From Alphaproteobacteria bacterium (lineage in GTDB: Bacteria; Pseudomonadota; Alphaproteobacteria; UBA8366): a DNA stretch of 64,000 nt. Within the stretch, counting starts at the first letter, position 1, and each line of letters opens with the position of its first letter. The stretch lies in the NCBI GenBank assembly GCA_965228425.1, contig OZ245815.1:4621234-4685233 (forward strand), read 5' to 3'. Below the pieces are notes generated by a model that had not been told where the DNA came from, searched no databases, and saw only the letters and a list, made by a program, of their open reading frames with translations. The translations under genes were made by a program, and so were the position numbers. Positions 19,581-29,677 of this stretch are shown here, piece by piece.

Positions 19581-20477
19581 ATGTTCGAAATCCGCGATCC
19601 GTCCTTTCACGACATCGTTGCAGAGAACGCCACGATAGAGACCGTCGCCGACGGCTTCACCTTCACCGAAGGCCCGATCTGGCACCCTACCGAGCATTGG
19701 CTCGTCTTCTCCGACATCGCCGAGAGCCGTCAGTACCGGTGGTCGGAAAAGGAGGGATTGACGGTCTTCCGCTGCCCGTCGAACCAGGCGAACGGAAACG
19801 CCTTCGACTGGGAAGGCCGGATCGTCAGCGGCGAACACGCAGCATCCCGGCTGATCCGTCACGACCACGACGGCAAGCTGATCCAACCCATCGCCACGCA
19901 CTACGAGGGCAAGGAACTGAACAGCCCGAACGACGTGGTCGTCGACAGCACGGGCCGTATCTGGTTCACCGATCCGGTCTTCGGCCGCATCCGAGAGGAC
20001 CTGGGCATCCTGCGCGATCAGCAGCTCGACGTCCAAGGCGTCTTTCGCCTCGACCCGGACGGGATCCTCGCCCTCGTCGCCTCAGACTTCCAGCAGCCGA
20101 ACGGCCTGTGTTTCTCGTCGGACGAGTCGACGCTGTTCATCAACGACAGTTGGGGACCCACGATCCGCAGCTTCACCGTCAACGACGACGGAACCCTGGG
20201 CGGCGGCGATGTCTGGGCCACCGTTACCGGCGACGGCGACGGCGTGCCCGACGGCATGAAGATCGATCTGCAGGACCGGGTTTTCTGCAACGGCCCCGGC
20301 GGCGTGCACGTCTTCGCGCCGGACGGCCTCTGCCTCGGCGTGATCAAGACGCCCGAGAAATCGACGAACTTTTGTTTCGGCGGGCCGGACCGGTCGGTCC
20401 TGTTCATCACCGCATCGACCTCGCTCTACCGAATCCAAACGGAAACCCGGGGCGCGCCGATGATCCCCGGCCCGTAG
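19581..20477 (+). CDS. SMP-30/gluconolactonase/LRE family lactonase
   Basis: The start is MFEIRDPSF at the ATG at 19581. The motifs EGPIWHP, NSPNDVVVDSTGRIWFTDP, PNGLCFS and PDGMKID are typical beta-propeller lactonase motifs. Confidence 0.85.
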   Translation: MFEIRDPSFHDIVAENATIETVADGFTFTEGPIWHPTEHWLVFSDIAESRQYRWSEKEGLTVFRCPSNQANGNAFDWEGRIVSGEHAASRLIRHDHDGKLIQPIATHYEGKELNSPNDVVVDSTGRIWFTDPVFGRIREDLGILRDQQLDVQGVFRLDPDGILALVASDFQQPNGLCFSSDESTLFINDSWGPTIRSFTVNDDGTLGGGDVWATVTGDGDGVPDGMKIDLQDRVFCNGPGGVHVFAPDGLCLGVIKTPEKSTNFCFGGPDRSVLFITASTSLYRIQTETRGAPMIPGP

Positions 20478-20576
20478 CGCCGGCAATCCCCGCAACGGGT
20501 TGACTGACTTTCGCGATCGCCGAACAGTAGGTTTCGCGATCGCGGTCGCCTCGAATGACGCAGGAAGGAAACCGAC

Positions 20577-21890
20577 ATGACGACCTATTTGAAACGCGGC
20601 AAGAGCGCCGACGAAGTCGCCGAAGACGACGCCAAGGTCCGCCAGACCGTCGAGGGAATCCTGGGCGATATCGAAAAACGCGGCGATGCCGCGGTGCGCG
20701 AGTTGGCGAAGAAATTCGACGGCACCGCGCGAGAACATGCCCGGCTGAGCGCCGATGAGATCGCCGAGGCGGTCGCCCAGGTCTCCCCGGACGACATCGC
20801 CGACATCGAATTCGCCCAGGCGCAAATCCGGAACTTCGCGCAGAAGCAGAAGGAATGCCTGCAGGACTTGGAAGTCGAAACGCTGCCGGGCGTCATTCTC
20901 GGCCACAAGAACGTGCCGGTGAATTCCGTCGGCTGCTATGTGCCCGGCGGGAAATACCCGATGGTCGCCTCGGCGCATATGAGCGTCGTGACCGCCAAGG
21001 TCGCCGGGGTAAAGCGCATCGTCGCCTCCGCCCCGCCGCAAGACGGCAAACCGCACCCCGCCGTCGTCGCGGCGATGCACATGGCCGGGGCGGACGAAAT
21101 CCTGTTGCTGGGCGGCGTACAGGCGGTCGGCGCGATGGCGCTCGGCACCGAGACGATCGACGGCGTCGACATGCTGGTCGGGCCCGGCAATATGTTCGTC
21201 GCCGAAGCCAAGCGCCAGTTGTTCGGCCGGGTCGGGATCGACCTGTTCGCCGGCCCGACCGAAACCCTGATCATCGCCGACGAAACGGTCGATGCGGAAC
21301 TCTGCGCGGTCGACCTGTTGGGCCAGGCGGAGCACGGCCCGACCTCGCCGGCGGCGCTGCTGACCAATTCCCGCAAACTCGCCGAAGAAACGCTGGCGGA
21401 GGTCGACCGGCAACTGGGCATCCTGCCGACCGCCGAGATCGCGCGGCAGGCCTGGCAGGATTACGGCTCGGTCATTCTCTGCGAGACGCTCGACGAGATG
21501 GTCGAGGAAGCCGACGCGCTGGCCTACGAGCATGTGCAGGTAATGACCGAAGACCCCGACTATTTCGCCGACAACATGAGCAACTACGGCGCGCTGTTCC
21601 TCGGCCCGCGCACCAACGTGTCCTATGGCGACAAGGTGATCGGCACGAACCACACGCTGCCGACGAAAAAAGCGGCGCGCTACACCGGCGGCCTTTGGGT
21701 CGGCAAGTTCATGAAGACCTGCACCTACCAGAAAGTGCTGACCGACGAAGCCTCGGCGATGATCGGCGGATACTGTTCGCGGCTCTGCGCCATCGAAGGT
21801 TTCGCCGGCCACGGCGAGCAGGCCAACATCCGCGTGCGGCGCTACGGCGGCGGCAATGTGGAACCGTATGGCGCGGTGGCGAAGCGATGA
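20577..21890 (+). CDS. histidinol dehydrogenase family protein (paralogue, not in a his context)
   Basis: 437 aa of HisD-like sequence ([40 protein letters not shown]). The N-terminus TYLKRGKS... is of the type seen in HisD paralogues such as sulfopropanediol dehydrogenase; that comparison is from memory only. Confidence 0.85.
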   Translation: MTTYLKRGKSADEVAEDDAKVRQTVEGILGDIEKRGDAAVRELAKKFDGTAREHARLSADEIAEAVAQVSPDDIADIEFAQAQIRNFAQKQKECLQDLEVETLPGVILGHKNVPVNSVGCYVPGGKYPMVASAHMSVVTAKVAGVKRIVASAPPQDGKPHPAVVAAMHMAGADEILLLGGVQAVGAMALGTETIDGVDMLVGPGNMFVAEAKRQLFGRVGIDLFAGPTETLIIADETVDAELCAVDLLGQAEHGPTSPAALLTNSRKLAEETLAEVDRQLGILPTAEIARQAWQDYGSVILCETLDEMVEEADALAYEHVQVMTEDPDYFADNMSNYGALFLGPRTNVSYGDKVIGTNHTLPTKKAARYTGGLWVGKFMKTCTYQKVLTDEASAMIGGYCSRLCAIEGFAGHGEQANIRVRRYGGGNVEPYGAVAKR

Positions 21891-22663
21891 CCGACGCGGT
21901 CGTCCTGCCGAAGACCCCGAGCTTCCGGCTCGACGGACGCCGCGCGCTGGTCACCGGTGCGGGGCGCGGCCTCGGCGTGCCGATGGCCGCCGCCTTGGCC
22001 GAGGCCGGGGCCGATGTCGTGCTGGCGGCCCGCACCCTCGCGGAGGTCGAAGCCGTCGCCGAGGCGATACGCGCGCGCGGCGAGCAGGCCGAAGCCGTGA
22101 CGCTGGACGTGACGGACACGGCCGCGGCGGCGGCGTTGGTCAAGGACAAAGGGCCCTTCCAGATCCTCGTCAACAACGCCGGCACCAACCGGCTGGATCA
22201 TTTCCTTGACATCAAGGAAGACGACTTCGACGCGGTTTCCGAGCTGAACCTTCGATCCGCCCTGTTCCTGGCGCAGGCGGTCGCCAAGAACTTGATCGCC
22301 GCGAAACTGCCGGGGTCGATCATCAACATCTCCTCACAAATGGGGCATGTGGGCGGGCCGAAGCGGACGGTCTATTGCGCCACGAAACACGCGCTTGAGG
22401 GAGCAACGAAGGCGATGGCCTGGGAGCTGGCCGAACACGGCATTCGCGTCAACACCGTCGGCCCCACCTTCATCTACACGCCGCTGACGGCACCGATGTT
22501 CGACGACACGGAATTCCGCGACTTCGTCGAGTCGAAGATCGCCAACGGAAAGCTTGGCCAAGTCGAGGACGTGATGGGCGCGGTAATCTATCTCGCCTCC
22601 GACGCCTCGGCCCTCGTCACCGGGTCCGCGCTATTGCTCGATGGCGGCTGGACGGCGGCATAA
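21887..22663 (+). CDS. SDR family oxidoreductase
   Basis: The real gene is the last 258 aa of track ORF 20855..22663. It has [12 protein letters not shown] and YCATKHAL motifs, and an ATGA overlap with the HisD-like gene. Confidence 0.9.
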   Translation: MTDAVVLPKTPSFRLDGRRALVTGAGRGLGVPMAAALAEAGADVVLAARTLAEVEAVAEAIRARGEQAEAVTLDVTDTAAAAALVKDKGPFQILVNNAGTNRLDHFLDIKEDDFDAVSELNLRSALFLAQAVAKNLIAAKLPGSIINISSQMGHVGGPKRTVYCATKHALEGATKAMAWELAEHGIRVNTVGPTFIYTPLTAPMFDDTEFRDFVESKIANGKLGQVEDVMGAVIYLASDASALVTGSALLLDGGWTAA

Positions 22664-22739
22664 CCGCTGATCCATCGGATATCCGTTCACGTATGAGATT
22701 AAGGATGGGCAATCGCCGCCGAACGCGAGGTACGCGACC

Positions 22740-23141
22740 ATGACCATTGTTGCGCTTTACGCCGGAATTCTCGGTCTTCTGTATCTTCCGCTCGCGGCCA
22801 ACGTCATCCGCATCCGCCGCGCGGACAGCATAAGTTTGGGCGACGGCGGCAACGCTCTGCTCGAACGCCGCATTCGGGCGCATGGCAATTTTGCCGAATA
22901 CGTGCCGATCGCGCTGATCTTGATCGCCTTGGCCGAAGCGGGCGGCAGCTGGCCCTGGCTTATCCATGTGTTGGGCATCGCGCTCGTGACCGGACGGGCG
23001 CTGCACGCCGTCGCTTTGACGTCGCTCGCCCCCCGATCGATGGCCCGGGTTGGGGGTATGGTTGCGACATTGAATGTCATCGGTATCGCTGCGGCGACCT
23101 GCATCGTCCTCGCGGTTCAGGCACTGATCTACGATAGCTGA
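22740..23141 (+). CDS. MAPEG family membrane protein
   Basis: 133 aa and four hydrophobic helices. The sequence RIRAHGNFAEYVPIALILIAL is typical of MAPEG/YecN. Confidence 0.8.
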   Translation: MTIVALYAGILGLLYLPLAANVIRIRRADSISLGDGGNALLERRIRAHGNFAEYVPIALILIALAEAGGSWPWLIHVLGIALVTGRALHAVALTSLAPRSMARVGGMVATLNVIGIAAATCIVLAVQALIYDS

Positions 23142-23266
23142 GCCCTAAGCTGTGAGCTCATAAGCTCGAAACCGAAGCCAGATGGTAGCGAACTTGACGA
23201 AGGCGAGGAAGTTGTCAGCATGCTGCCCGCACCGCACTGCGATCCACCGACAGAGGACATTGATAA

Positions 23267-23662
23267 ATGCTGGAAGGAACGTGCCACTGCGGTGAAGTTG
23301 GCTGGACACTCGAAACATCGCCGACGTCGGCCACGGCCTGCAATTGCACAATATGTCGACGATACGGTGCCCTTTGGGCATACGGGTATATCGGCTATGA
23401 CATTCAAACGACCGGGCAAACGAAAACTTATCTTCGTCGCGATAGCGGCGATATCTATTTCCACCTCTGCGCCAATTGCGGCTGTGTAACGCACTACGTT
23501 GCGAGTACCAAGGGTGAAGAAGGGCGCACCCGGGCTGCCGTGAATCTACGGATGTCCGACCCGACATCGATCAGCGAGCTTCCAATCCGTCACTTTGAGG
23601 GGCACGACAGCTTCAAAGAACTTCCGCGTGACGGCCGGACGGTGAAGGATATGTGGTTTTGA
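23267..23662 (+). CDS. GFA (glutathione-dependent formaldehyde-activating / CENP-V) family protein
   Basis: It has the Cys-cluster pattern GTCHCG...CNCTIC...C..CG. Confidence 0.85.
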   Translation: MLEGTCHCGEVGWTLETSPTSATACNCTICRRYGALWAYGYIGYDIQTTGQTKTYLRRDSGDIYFHLCANCGCVTHYVASTKGEEGRTRAAVNLRMSDPTSISELPIRHFEGHDSFKELPRDGRTVKDMWF

Positions 23663-23671
23663 AGCGTTTCC

Positions 23672-23690
23672 AAAAAAGCGGTCGTCCGCT
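23672..23690 (-). terminator. weak Rho-independent terminator candidate after the enoyl-CoA hydratase gene
   Basis: The minus-strand RNA is AGCGG-ACGA-CCGCU followed by UUUUUUGG. The stem is only 5 bp. Confidence 0.35.
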
Positions 23691-23714
23691 CTCAACTGTT
23701 AATGGGTACACAAC

Positions 23715-24530
23715 CTAGTCGTCGCCGCTCCCGCGAACCGATTCCAAGGTCGGCATGTTGTAGCGGTCCTCGGGGTTGTGCCAGCCCTTGAAGTTCGGCT
23801 TGCGCTTCTCGGCGAAGGCGGCGCGCGATTCCATGCGGTCGTTCTTATCGCCGTGCTCATGCAGCGCCGCCGCGAGTTTCTCCAGATCGGGCGCCACGGC
23901 CGGGCGCATCTGGCGCATCATGTAGACCGTGTTGACACGGGACGCCGGCGGCAGGGTCAGCAGATGCTCCGCCATCTCATAGGCGGTCGGCATCAGATCG
24001 TCGGGATCGACCAGCCGATTGATATAGCCCACCTCGTAGAGCCGTTCGGCGGTGAAACGGAAGCCGAGCGCCATTTCCGTCGCCACGGGATGCGGCAAGC
24101 CGGCGAAATGGCCGTGGTTGTATCCGCCGAGCAGCCAGCGCTTGGCTTCGGAGACCTCGAAGACCGCGCCGCGCACCGCCACCCGCAGATCGGTGCGTTC
24201 GACAAGCATGAACCCGCCGCCCATGGCAAACCCGTTGACCGCGGCAATGACCGGCTTGTCGATCTCGCCCGCTTTCCAGGGGTCATGGACCGGCGCGCCG
24301 TCGCTGCCGGGCGCGCCGCGCTCGAGCGATTCCTTCATATCCTCGCCCGCGCAGAAAGCCCGGCCGGTTCCGGTGAAGACCGCGACTTCCAAGTCCGGAT
24401 CATCCTTGAACTCGGTGAAAGCCGCCGCCATCTCGCTCCGAAGCTGGAACCCCAATGCGTTCATCCGCTCGGGCCGGTTCAGCCGGATCGTCATGATCTG
24501 CCCGCGGCGCTCCGTTTCCACCAATGCCAT
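23715..24530 (-). CDS. enoyl-CoA hydratase/isomerase family protein
   Basis: This is the C-terminal 271 aa of track ORF 23715..25556. MALVETERRGQIMTIRLNRPERMNAL...FCAGEDM is the crotonase signature. The start is the ATG at 24530. Confidence 0.9.
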   Translation of the reverse strand: MALVETERRGQIMTIRLNRPERMNALGFQLRSEMAAAFTEFKDDPDLEVAVFTGTGRAFCAGEDMKESLERGAPGSDGAPVHDPWKAGEIDKPVIAAVNGFAMGGGFMLVERTDLRVAVRGAVFEVSEAKRWLLGGYNHGHFAGLPHPVATEMALGFRFTAERLYEVGYINRLVDPDDLMPTAYEMAEHLLTLPPASRVNTVYMMRQMRPAVAPDLEKLAAALHEHGDKNDRMESRAAFAEKRKPNFKGWHNPEDRYNMPTLESVRGSGDD

Positions 24531-24689
24531 CGCATATTCTCCCGTTGCAATAGAATAGCCGGCATCGGGGCGACGCCTGGCTGCATAAAGACCAAGACAT
24601 TGTCGTGTATCCGCCGCGCTCTGGCTAGTCCGGGCCGGGCCGTGTGCTATAGAGATGCCCCCATCCGCCGCACCGCCCCCCGGAGTTTT

Positions 24690-25598
24690 ATGTCCACAAG
24701 CACGCCCACCGCGCGCCCCACCGTACTCCGAGGCATCGGCTTGATGGTTGCGGGCTGTGCCTTCCTGATGATGAGCGATGCGGTCTCCAAGTGGTTGAGC
24801 CAGACTTATCCCATCGGCCAGATCATGAGCATGCGCAACGTGTTCGTCATGATCCCGATCCTCATCGTGGTGTGGCACCGGAACAGCTTCGGCGACCTGC
24901 GGGTCAAGAGTTGGGGCGGGCAAACGATGCGGGCGGGCTTCCATGTCGCATCCGCCGCGTTCTTCGTGACCGGCATCACCTACCTGCCCTTGGCCGATGT
25001 CCATGCGATCGCCTTCGCGGGACCGATCTTCATCGCCGCGATGGCGCCCTTCCTGCTGGGCGAGTCGGTCGGATGGCGGCGTTGGTGCGCAATCCTGTTC
25101 GGCTTCATAGGCGTGCTCATCATGCTGCGGCCAACCGGCGCAGGCATCCAATGGATCGGGCTGATCCCGCTGGCCGCCGCCTTTGCGGCGGCGCTGCGCG
25201 ACGTCGCGACGCGATGGCTCAGCAAGACCGACACGTCGATCTCGATCCTGTTCTTTTCGTCCATCGCCGTGATCATCGGTGGCATGACAACGATACCCTG
25301 GGGATGGGAACCGCTGACATGGACGGCAACCGGTTTGTTCATGGTGAACGGATTGGTCAACGGCACCGCGCATTTCCTGATCATCGAGTCCTACCGGCAG
25401 GCTCAGGCCCCGGTCGTCGCCCCCTTCAAATACTCCATGCTGCTGTGGGCCACGCTGTTCGGATTCCTGATCTGGGGACACTTGCCCGACCGCTGGATCA
25501 TCTTCGGCGCGCTGGCGGTGGTGGCAAGCGGGCTGTACATTCTGCACCGGGAACAACGGGCGGCGGCCGCCGCGGCCGCCGCGGCCAAGACTTCCTAG
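24690..25598 (+). CDS. DMT superfamily (EamA-type) transporter
   Basis: The real start is the ATG at 24690 (MSTSTPTARPTVLRGIGLMVAG...). It has about 10 TM segments and ends in an AAAAAAAAK tail. Confidence 0.85.
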   Translation: MSTSTPTARPTVLRGIGLMVAGCAFLMMSDAVSKWLSQTYPIGQIMSMRNVFVMIPILIVVWHRNSFGDLRVKSWGGQTMRAGFHVASAAFFVTGITYLPLADVHAIAFAGPIFIAAMAPFLLGESVGWRRWCAILFGFIGVLIMLRPTGAGIQWIGLIPLAAAFAAALRDVATRWLSKTDTSISILFFSSIAVIIGGMTTIPWGWEPLTWTATGLFMVNGLVNGTAHFLIIESYRQAQAPVVAPFKYSMLLWATLFGFLIWGHLPDRWIIFGALAVVASGLYILHREQRAAAAAAAAAKTS

Positions 25599-25655
25599 GC
25601 CGCCGAACTATGCTACTGTTTTCCCAAGCCAGCCACAGAGGACCAGGATCGCACC

Positions 25656-26447
25656 ATGATCGTAGAGCAGATTTGGACCAATAACGCCTATCGCAACTTC
25701 AACTATCTCATTGCGTGCCCGGATACCGGCGAAGCGATGGCGATCGACCCGCTGGACCATGAGAAATGCTTGGCCGCCGCCAAGGACAAGGGCTGGGAGA
25801 TCACGCAAATCCTGAATACGCATCATCACGGCGACCATATCGGCGGCAACGGCCCGGTGGTCGATGCGACCGGCGCGAAAATCCTCGCGCATGCAGGCGC
25901 ATCGGACAAAATCCCGAACATGGACCGCGGCCTCGGCGCGGGCGACGTCATCAAGATCGGCAATTCGGTCGAGTTGGAATGCCTGGACACCCCGGGCCAC
26001 ACCATGAGCCATATCTGCCTGATGTCGCGCACGGACGTGCCCGCGCTGTTCTGCGGCGACACGCTGTTCAATGCCGGTGCCGGCAACTGCCACAACGGCG
26101 GCCATCCAGCGGAACTGTACGACACCTTCGCCAACCAGCTCGCCAACCTGCCGGAGGAAACGCTGATCTATCCGGGTCACGACTACATCGCCAATAATCT
26201 GGAATTCACCCTCGACCGCGAGCCCGACAACCCGCGCGCGGGCGCGCTGTTGAAGGAAGTCGAGAATCAGGACACCAATCAGCCGCTCGTCTCGACGATG
26301 GCGTTAGAGAAGGAAATCAACACCTTCTTCCGTCTGCAGAACCCGTCGGTGATCAAGGCGCTGCAGGAGAAGTTCAGCGACGTGCCGGAGAATCCGGACC
26401 CCAAGACCGTCTTCCTGAAGCTGCGCGAACTGCGCAACGACTGGTAG
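25656..26447 (+). CDS. gloB: hydroxyacylglutathione hydrolase (glyoxalase II), MBL fold
   Basis: It has the THHHGDH metal motif, TPGHT, and a C-terminal NPFLR-like region (NTFFRL). Confidence 0.9.
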   Translation: MIVEQIWTNNAYRNFNYLIACPDTGEAMAIDPLDHEKCLAAAKDKGWEITQILNTHHHGDHIGGNGPVVDATGAKILAHAGASDKIPNMDRGLGAGDVIKIGNSVELECLDTPGHTMSHICLMSRTDVPALFCGDTLFNAGAGNCHNGGHPAELYDTFANQLANLPEETLIYPGHDYIANNLEFTLDREPDNPRAGALLKEVENQDTNQPLVSTMALEKEINTFFRLQNPSVIKALQEKFSDVPENPDPKTVFLKLRELRNDW

Positions 26448-26463
26448 GGAGCGACCCTCGGAA

Positions 26464-27594
26464 ATGATCCCGAACCAACGCGATCAGTTCGATATCCCCG
26501 ACGAGATCGTCTACCTCAACTGCGCGTCGCAGTCGCCGCTGTTGAACAGCGTCTGCCGCGCCGGGGAAGAAGGCGTGCTGCGCAAGGCCCATCCCTGGAC
26601 GGACTTCCGAACCGAAGCCGCCGCCAACGCGGAACAGGCGCGCGGCCTATTCGCCCGGTTGATCGGCGCCACCGCCGACGATGTCGCCATCGTGCCGGCG
26701 ACCAGCTACGGCATCTCCGTCGCCGCGCGGAACTTGCCATTGGCCGCCGGGCAGCGCGTAGTAACGTTGGACAACCAGTTTCCATCGAATTTTCATGCCT
26801 GGCGCGTCTCGGCCGACGACGCCGGCGCGGACTTCCACCAAGTCGCCCGGCCCGATGACGGCGATTGGACATCCGCCGTCCTGACCGCGATCGACGACAA
26901 TACCTCGGTCGTGGCCTTGCCGCCCTGCCATTGGACCGACGGCAGCGCCCTCGACCTCGGTGTGATCGGCGAGAGGTGCCGGGCCGTCGGCGCCGCCTTC
27001 GTGATCGACGCGACCCAGGCCGCCGGGGCCGCCCCCATTGACGTGAATAGGTTGCAGCCGGATTTCCTCGTCTCCTCCGCCTATAAATGGCTGTTATGTC
27101 CCTACACCTTGGCCTTTCTGTACGCCGCACCGCACCGGCAGTCGGGACGGCCCATCGAATTCCATGAATGGGCGGTTTCGGGCATGGAAAACCGGTCCAG
27201 CGACCGCGATCCGACCGCGACGGCCATCGGCGCGCGGCGCTACGACATGGGTGAGCGCAACAATCCGATCAACCTGTTGATGGCGGCCACCGCCCTGCAA
27301 CAACTCATCGAATGGACGCCCGCAGAGGTCGCCGAAACGATCAAACCGCTGACCGACCGGGTCGCCGCCGCGGCGCGCGACCGCGGCTATGCCGTGCCGC
27401 CGGACGCGCATCGGGTGGCGCACTATATCGGCATGCGCATGCCAAATGGCCTGCCCGACCGCGCGGACGAGCGGTTGGCGGAAAAGAACGTCCATATTAG
27501 CCTGCGCGGCGATTCCCTGCGGGTCAGCCCCCATATCTTCAATACCGCCGAGGAGATCGACCGGCTCTTCACCGAGTTGGACCGGATCACCTGA
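26464..27594 (+). CDS. class V aminotransferase-fold PLP enzyme
   Basis: 376 aa with VYLNCASQSP, FVIDATQAAG and the SSAYKWL lysine motif. Confidence 0.85.
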   Translation: MIPNQRDQFDIPDEIVYLNCASQSPLLNSVCRAGEEGVLRKAHPWTDFRTEAAANAEQARGLFARLIGATADDVAIVPATSYGISVAARNLPLAAGQRVVTLDNQFPSNFHAWRVSADDAGADFHQVARPDDGDWTSAVLTAIDDNTSVVALPPCHWTDGSALDLGVIGERCRAVGAAFVIDATQAAGAAPIDVNRLQPDFLVSSAYKWLLCPYTLAFLYAAPHRQSGRPIEFHEWAVSGMENRSSDRDPTATAIGARRYDMGERNNPINLLMAATALQQLIEWTPAEVAETIKPLTDRVAAAARDRGYAVPPDAHRVAHYIGMRMPNGLPDRADERLAEKNVHISLRGDSLRVSPHIFNTAEEIDRLFTELDRIT

Positions 27595-27744
27595 GCCGAT
27601 CTATCCTGACGCGGCGACTCCGCCGTGCGCGCGCATATCCTTAGGTTCATCCCCGTCAACCCAACGCGGCCGTAGCCGTCACCGGTTCGACGCGATGAAA
27701 CCGCCCCGCTATTGTTCGGGAAAGCACCAAAAGAGGACAGAACC

Positions 27745-29277
27745 GTGGCCTTCGAAGACAGGATCAAAGAACACGAAGAACGCACGAAACGCGCGACAGC
27801 CATGGGCGGCCCCGACAAGCTGGACCGCCGCCGCGACAACGGGCTGCTGAACGCGCGCGAACGGGTCGACTACCTGTTCGACGCCGGCAGCTTCCGGGAA
27901 TCCGGCCTCTACGGCGTCTCCTACCTTCCCGATATGCGCGACCAGACACCGACCGACGGCAAGGTGACCGGGTTCGGCAATGTCGACAGCCGCAAGGTCG
28001 GGGTGGTGGCCTATGACTTCACGGTCAAGGGATCGTCGAGCAGCTACACCAACAACCGCAAGATGTCGCATATAAAGGAGATGGGCACGAAGCGCGGCTT
28101 TCCCGTGGTGTTCATGACCGAATCCACCGGCGTCCGCATGCCGGACGTGATGGGCGAAGGCATGGGCTTCACCGACGAAGGCCGCCGCTTCATGCGCACC
28201 CGGACCGCGCCCTGGGTCTGCGCCCAGCTCGGCCCGTGTTTCGGCTCGGCGGCGTGGCACGCCGTCTGTTCGGACTTCAACGTGATGCGCAAAGGCTCGG
28301 TGATGGCGGTGACCAGTCCCCGGATGGTGTCGCGCGCCGTCGGCCAGGAAATCTCCGGCGAAGACCTCGGCGGCTGGCGGGTCCATGCGGATCACACGGG
28401 GTTCGCCGACGTCGTGGTCGACACCGACGAGGAAGCGATCGACACGGTCAAGAAATTCCTGAGCTACATGCCGAGCCACCAGAACGAAGCGCCGCCGGTC
28501 ATGCCCGTCCCGGACGGATCGGACGAGGCCGGTAAGACCATCCTCGACCTGTTCCCGGAATCGCCGACGAAGGTCTACGACGTGCGCAAGATCATCCAGG
28601 CCTTCGTGGACAAGGACAGCTTCTTCGAGATCAAGGCGCGGTATGGCCGCAGCATGTGCACGGCGCTGGCCCGCATCGACGGCAAGAGCGTCGGGCTGAT
28701 CGCCAACAACCCGCAGTTCAAGGGCGGCGCCATGGATGCGCAGGCCTGCACCAAGGCGACGAGTTTTCTGGTGCTCTGTGATTCGTACAACATTCCAATC
28801 GTCTTCCTGCAGGACCAGCCGGGCTTCCTGATCGGCCCGGACGCCGAGAAACAGGGCATCATCGGCAAGATCATCAACTGGATGAACGCGATGCTGCAGA
28901 CCACGGTGCCGAAGGTCACGATCATCATGCGCAAGAGTTACGGCCGCGGCTTCATCAACATGGGGGCCGCGAACACGGTCGAAGAGATTGCCGCCTGGTG
29001 GAGCGCGGAGGTCAGTTTCATGGACCCGCGCTCGGCGGTCGCCGTGGTGCACGGTATCGAGGAAGAAGACGATCCCGAACGCTACCAGGAACTCCTGAAG
29101 GAAATGGCGCGCGACGGCGGCGCCTACGATCTCGCCGCGGTGTATGGCGTCAAGGAAGTCCTGGATCCGCGGGAGACGCGGGCCTATCTCATCGACATGC
29201 TGGACATCCACCGGTCCCGTCTCAGCAACGGGATCGGCGAGCACAAGCTGGAGGCATGGCCCACCAGTTACGTGTAG
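27745..29277 (+). CDS. acyl-CoA carboxylase carboxyltransferase (beta) subunit
   Basis: ORF 27712..29277 shows two carboxyltransferase half-domains (DFTVKGSSSSYTNNRK; IPIVFLQDQPGFLIG). The likely start is the GTG at 27745, 7 nt after AAGAGGA. Confidence 0.85.
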   Translation: MAFEDRIKEHEERTKRATAMGGPDKLDRRRDNGLLNARERVDYLFDAGSFRESGLYGVSYLPDMRDQTPTDGKVTGFGNVDSRKVGVVAYDFTVKGSSSSYTNNRKMSHIKEMGTKRGFPVVFMTESTGVRMPDVMGEGMGFTDEGRRFMRTRTAPWVCAQLGPCFGSAAWHAVCSDFNVMRKGSVMAVTSPRMVSRAVGQEISGEDLGGWRVHADHTGFADVVVDTDEEAIDTVKKFLSYMPSHQNEAPPVMPVPDGSDEAGKTILDLFPESPTKVYDVRKIIQAFVDKDSFFEIKARYGRSMCTALARIDGKSVGLIANNPQFKGGAMDAQACTKATSFLVLCDSYNIPIVFLQDQPGFLIGPDAEKQGIIGKIINWMNAMLQTTVPKVTIIMRKSYGRGFINMGAANTVEEIAAWWSAEVSFMDPRSAVAVVHGIEEEDDPERYQELLKEMARDGGAYDLAAVYGVKEVLDPRETRAYLIDMLDIHRSRLSNGIGEHKLEAWPTSYV

Positions 29278-29317
29278 AGTGCCCCCGCGCCAATAACCTC
29301 ATTGCGGAATTCCGGGC

Positions 29318-29677
29318 ATGACACAGCATGCGATCGCCAATCTCCTCGCGGACCTGCCCGACCATCTCTCCGAGGAACGGTTCGAAACGCTCGTCCAATC
29401 CGGCAACACCAAGCTCGAACGGATCATATCGACCGGACACAGCACCGACCCCGGCGACTGGTACGATCAGGCGCAGGCCGAGTGGGTAATGGTGGTCAAG
29501 GGCCGCGCCGGGCTTCGGTTCGAGGACGAGCCGGACACACGCATTCTTGAACCCGGCGACCATCTATTGATCCCGCCGCATGCCCGCCATCGCGTAGAAT
29601 GGACCAGCGCGGACGAGCCGACCGTTTGGCTCGCCCTTCATCTCCCCGGGAAAACCACGGAGCCATCGACCGAATGA
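29318..29677 (+). CDS. cupin domain protein
   Basis: 119 aa. GDHLLIPPHARHRVEW is a cupin motif-2-like His cluster. Confidence 0.75.
   Translation: MTQHAIANLLADLPDHLSEERFETLVQSGNTKLERIISTGHSTDPGDWYDQAQAEWVMVVKGRAGLRFEDEPDTRILEPGDHLLIPPHARHRVEWTSADEPTVWLALHLPGKTTEPSTE

Noticed and set aside
18786-20036. 416-aa minus-strand ORF spanning the MFS and lactonase genes
   Set aside because: It crosses two well-supported plus-strand genes and their intergenic gap, and its composition is typical of antisense frames.
20082-21812. 576-aa minus-strand ORF
   Set aside because: It is antisense to the HisD-family gene and the lactonase 3-prime end. Its composition is biased (R, G, D, A) and it has no motifs.
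20855-21886. N-terminal part of the 602-aa track ORF 20855..22663
   Set aside because: It is out of frame within the HisD-family gene. Only the last 258 aa (the SDR, from the ATG at 21887) is credible.
23778-24689. N-terminal 304 aa of the 606-aa track ORF 23778..25598
   Set aside because: It is antisense to the enoyl-CoA hydratase gene. The membrane-protein sequence begins at the ATG at 24690.
24531-25556. N-terminal 342 aa of the 613-aa track ORF 23715..25556
   Set aside because: Only the C-terminal 271 aa (from the ATG at 24530) is crotonase-like. The extension is antisense to the DMT transporter gene and is Arg/Asp/His-rich.
25561-25590. GCC/GCG-rich tandem-looking stretch (gcggcggccgccgcggccgccgcggcc)
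   Set aside because: It simply encodes a poly-alanine C-terminal tail of the DMT transporter. It is not a CRISPR or a structured repeat array, and such tails are common in high-GC genomes.
27709-29244. 511-aa minus-strand ORF
   Set aside because: It is antisense to the carboxyltransferase gene, whose translation carries clear family motifs. This is a shadow frame.
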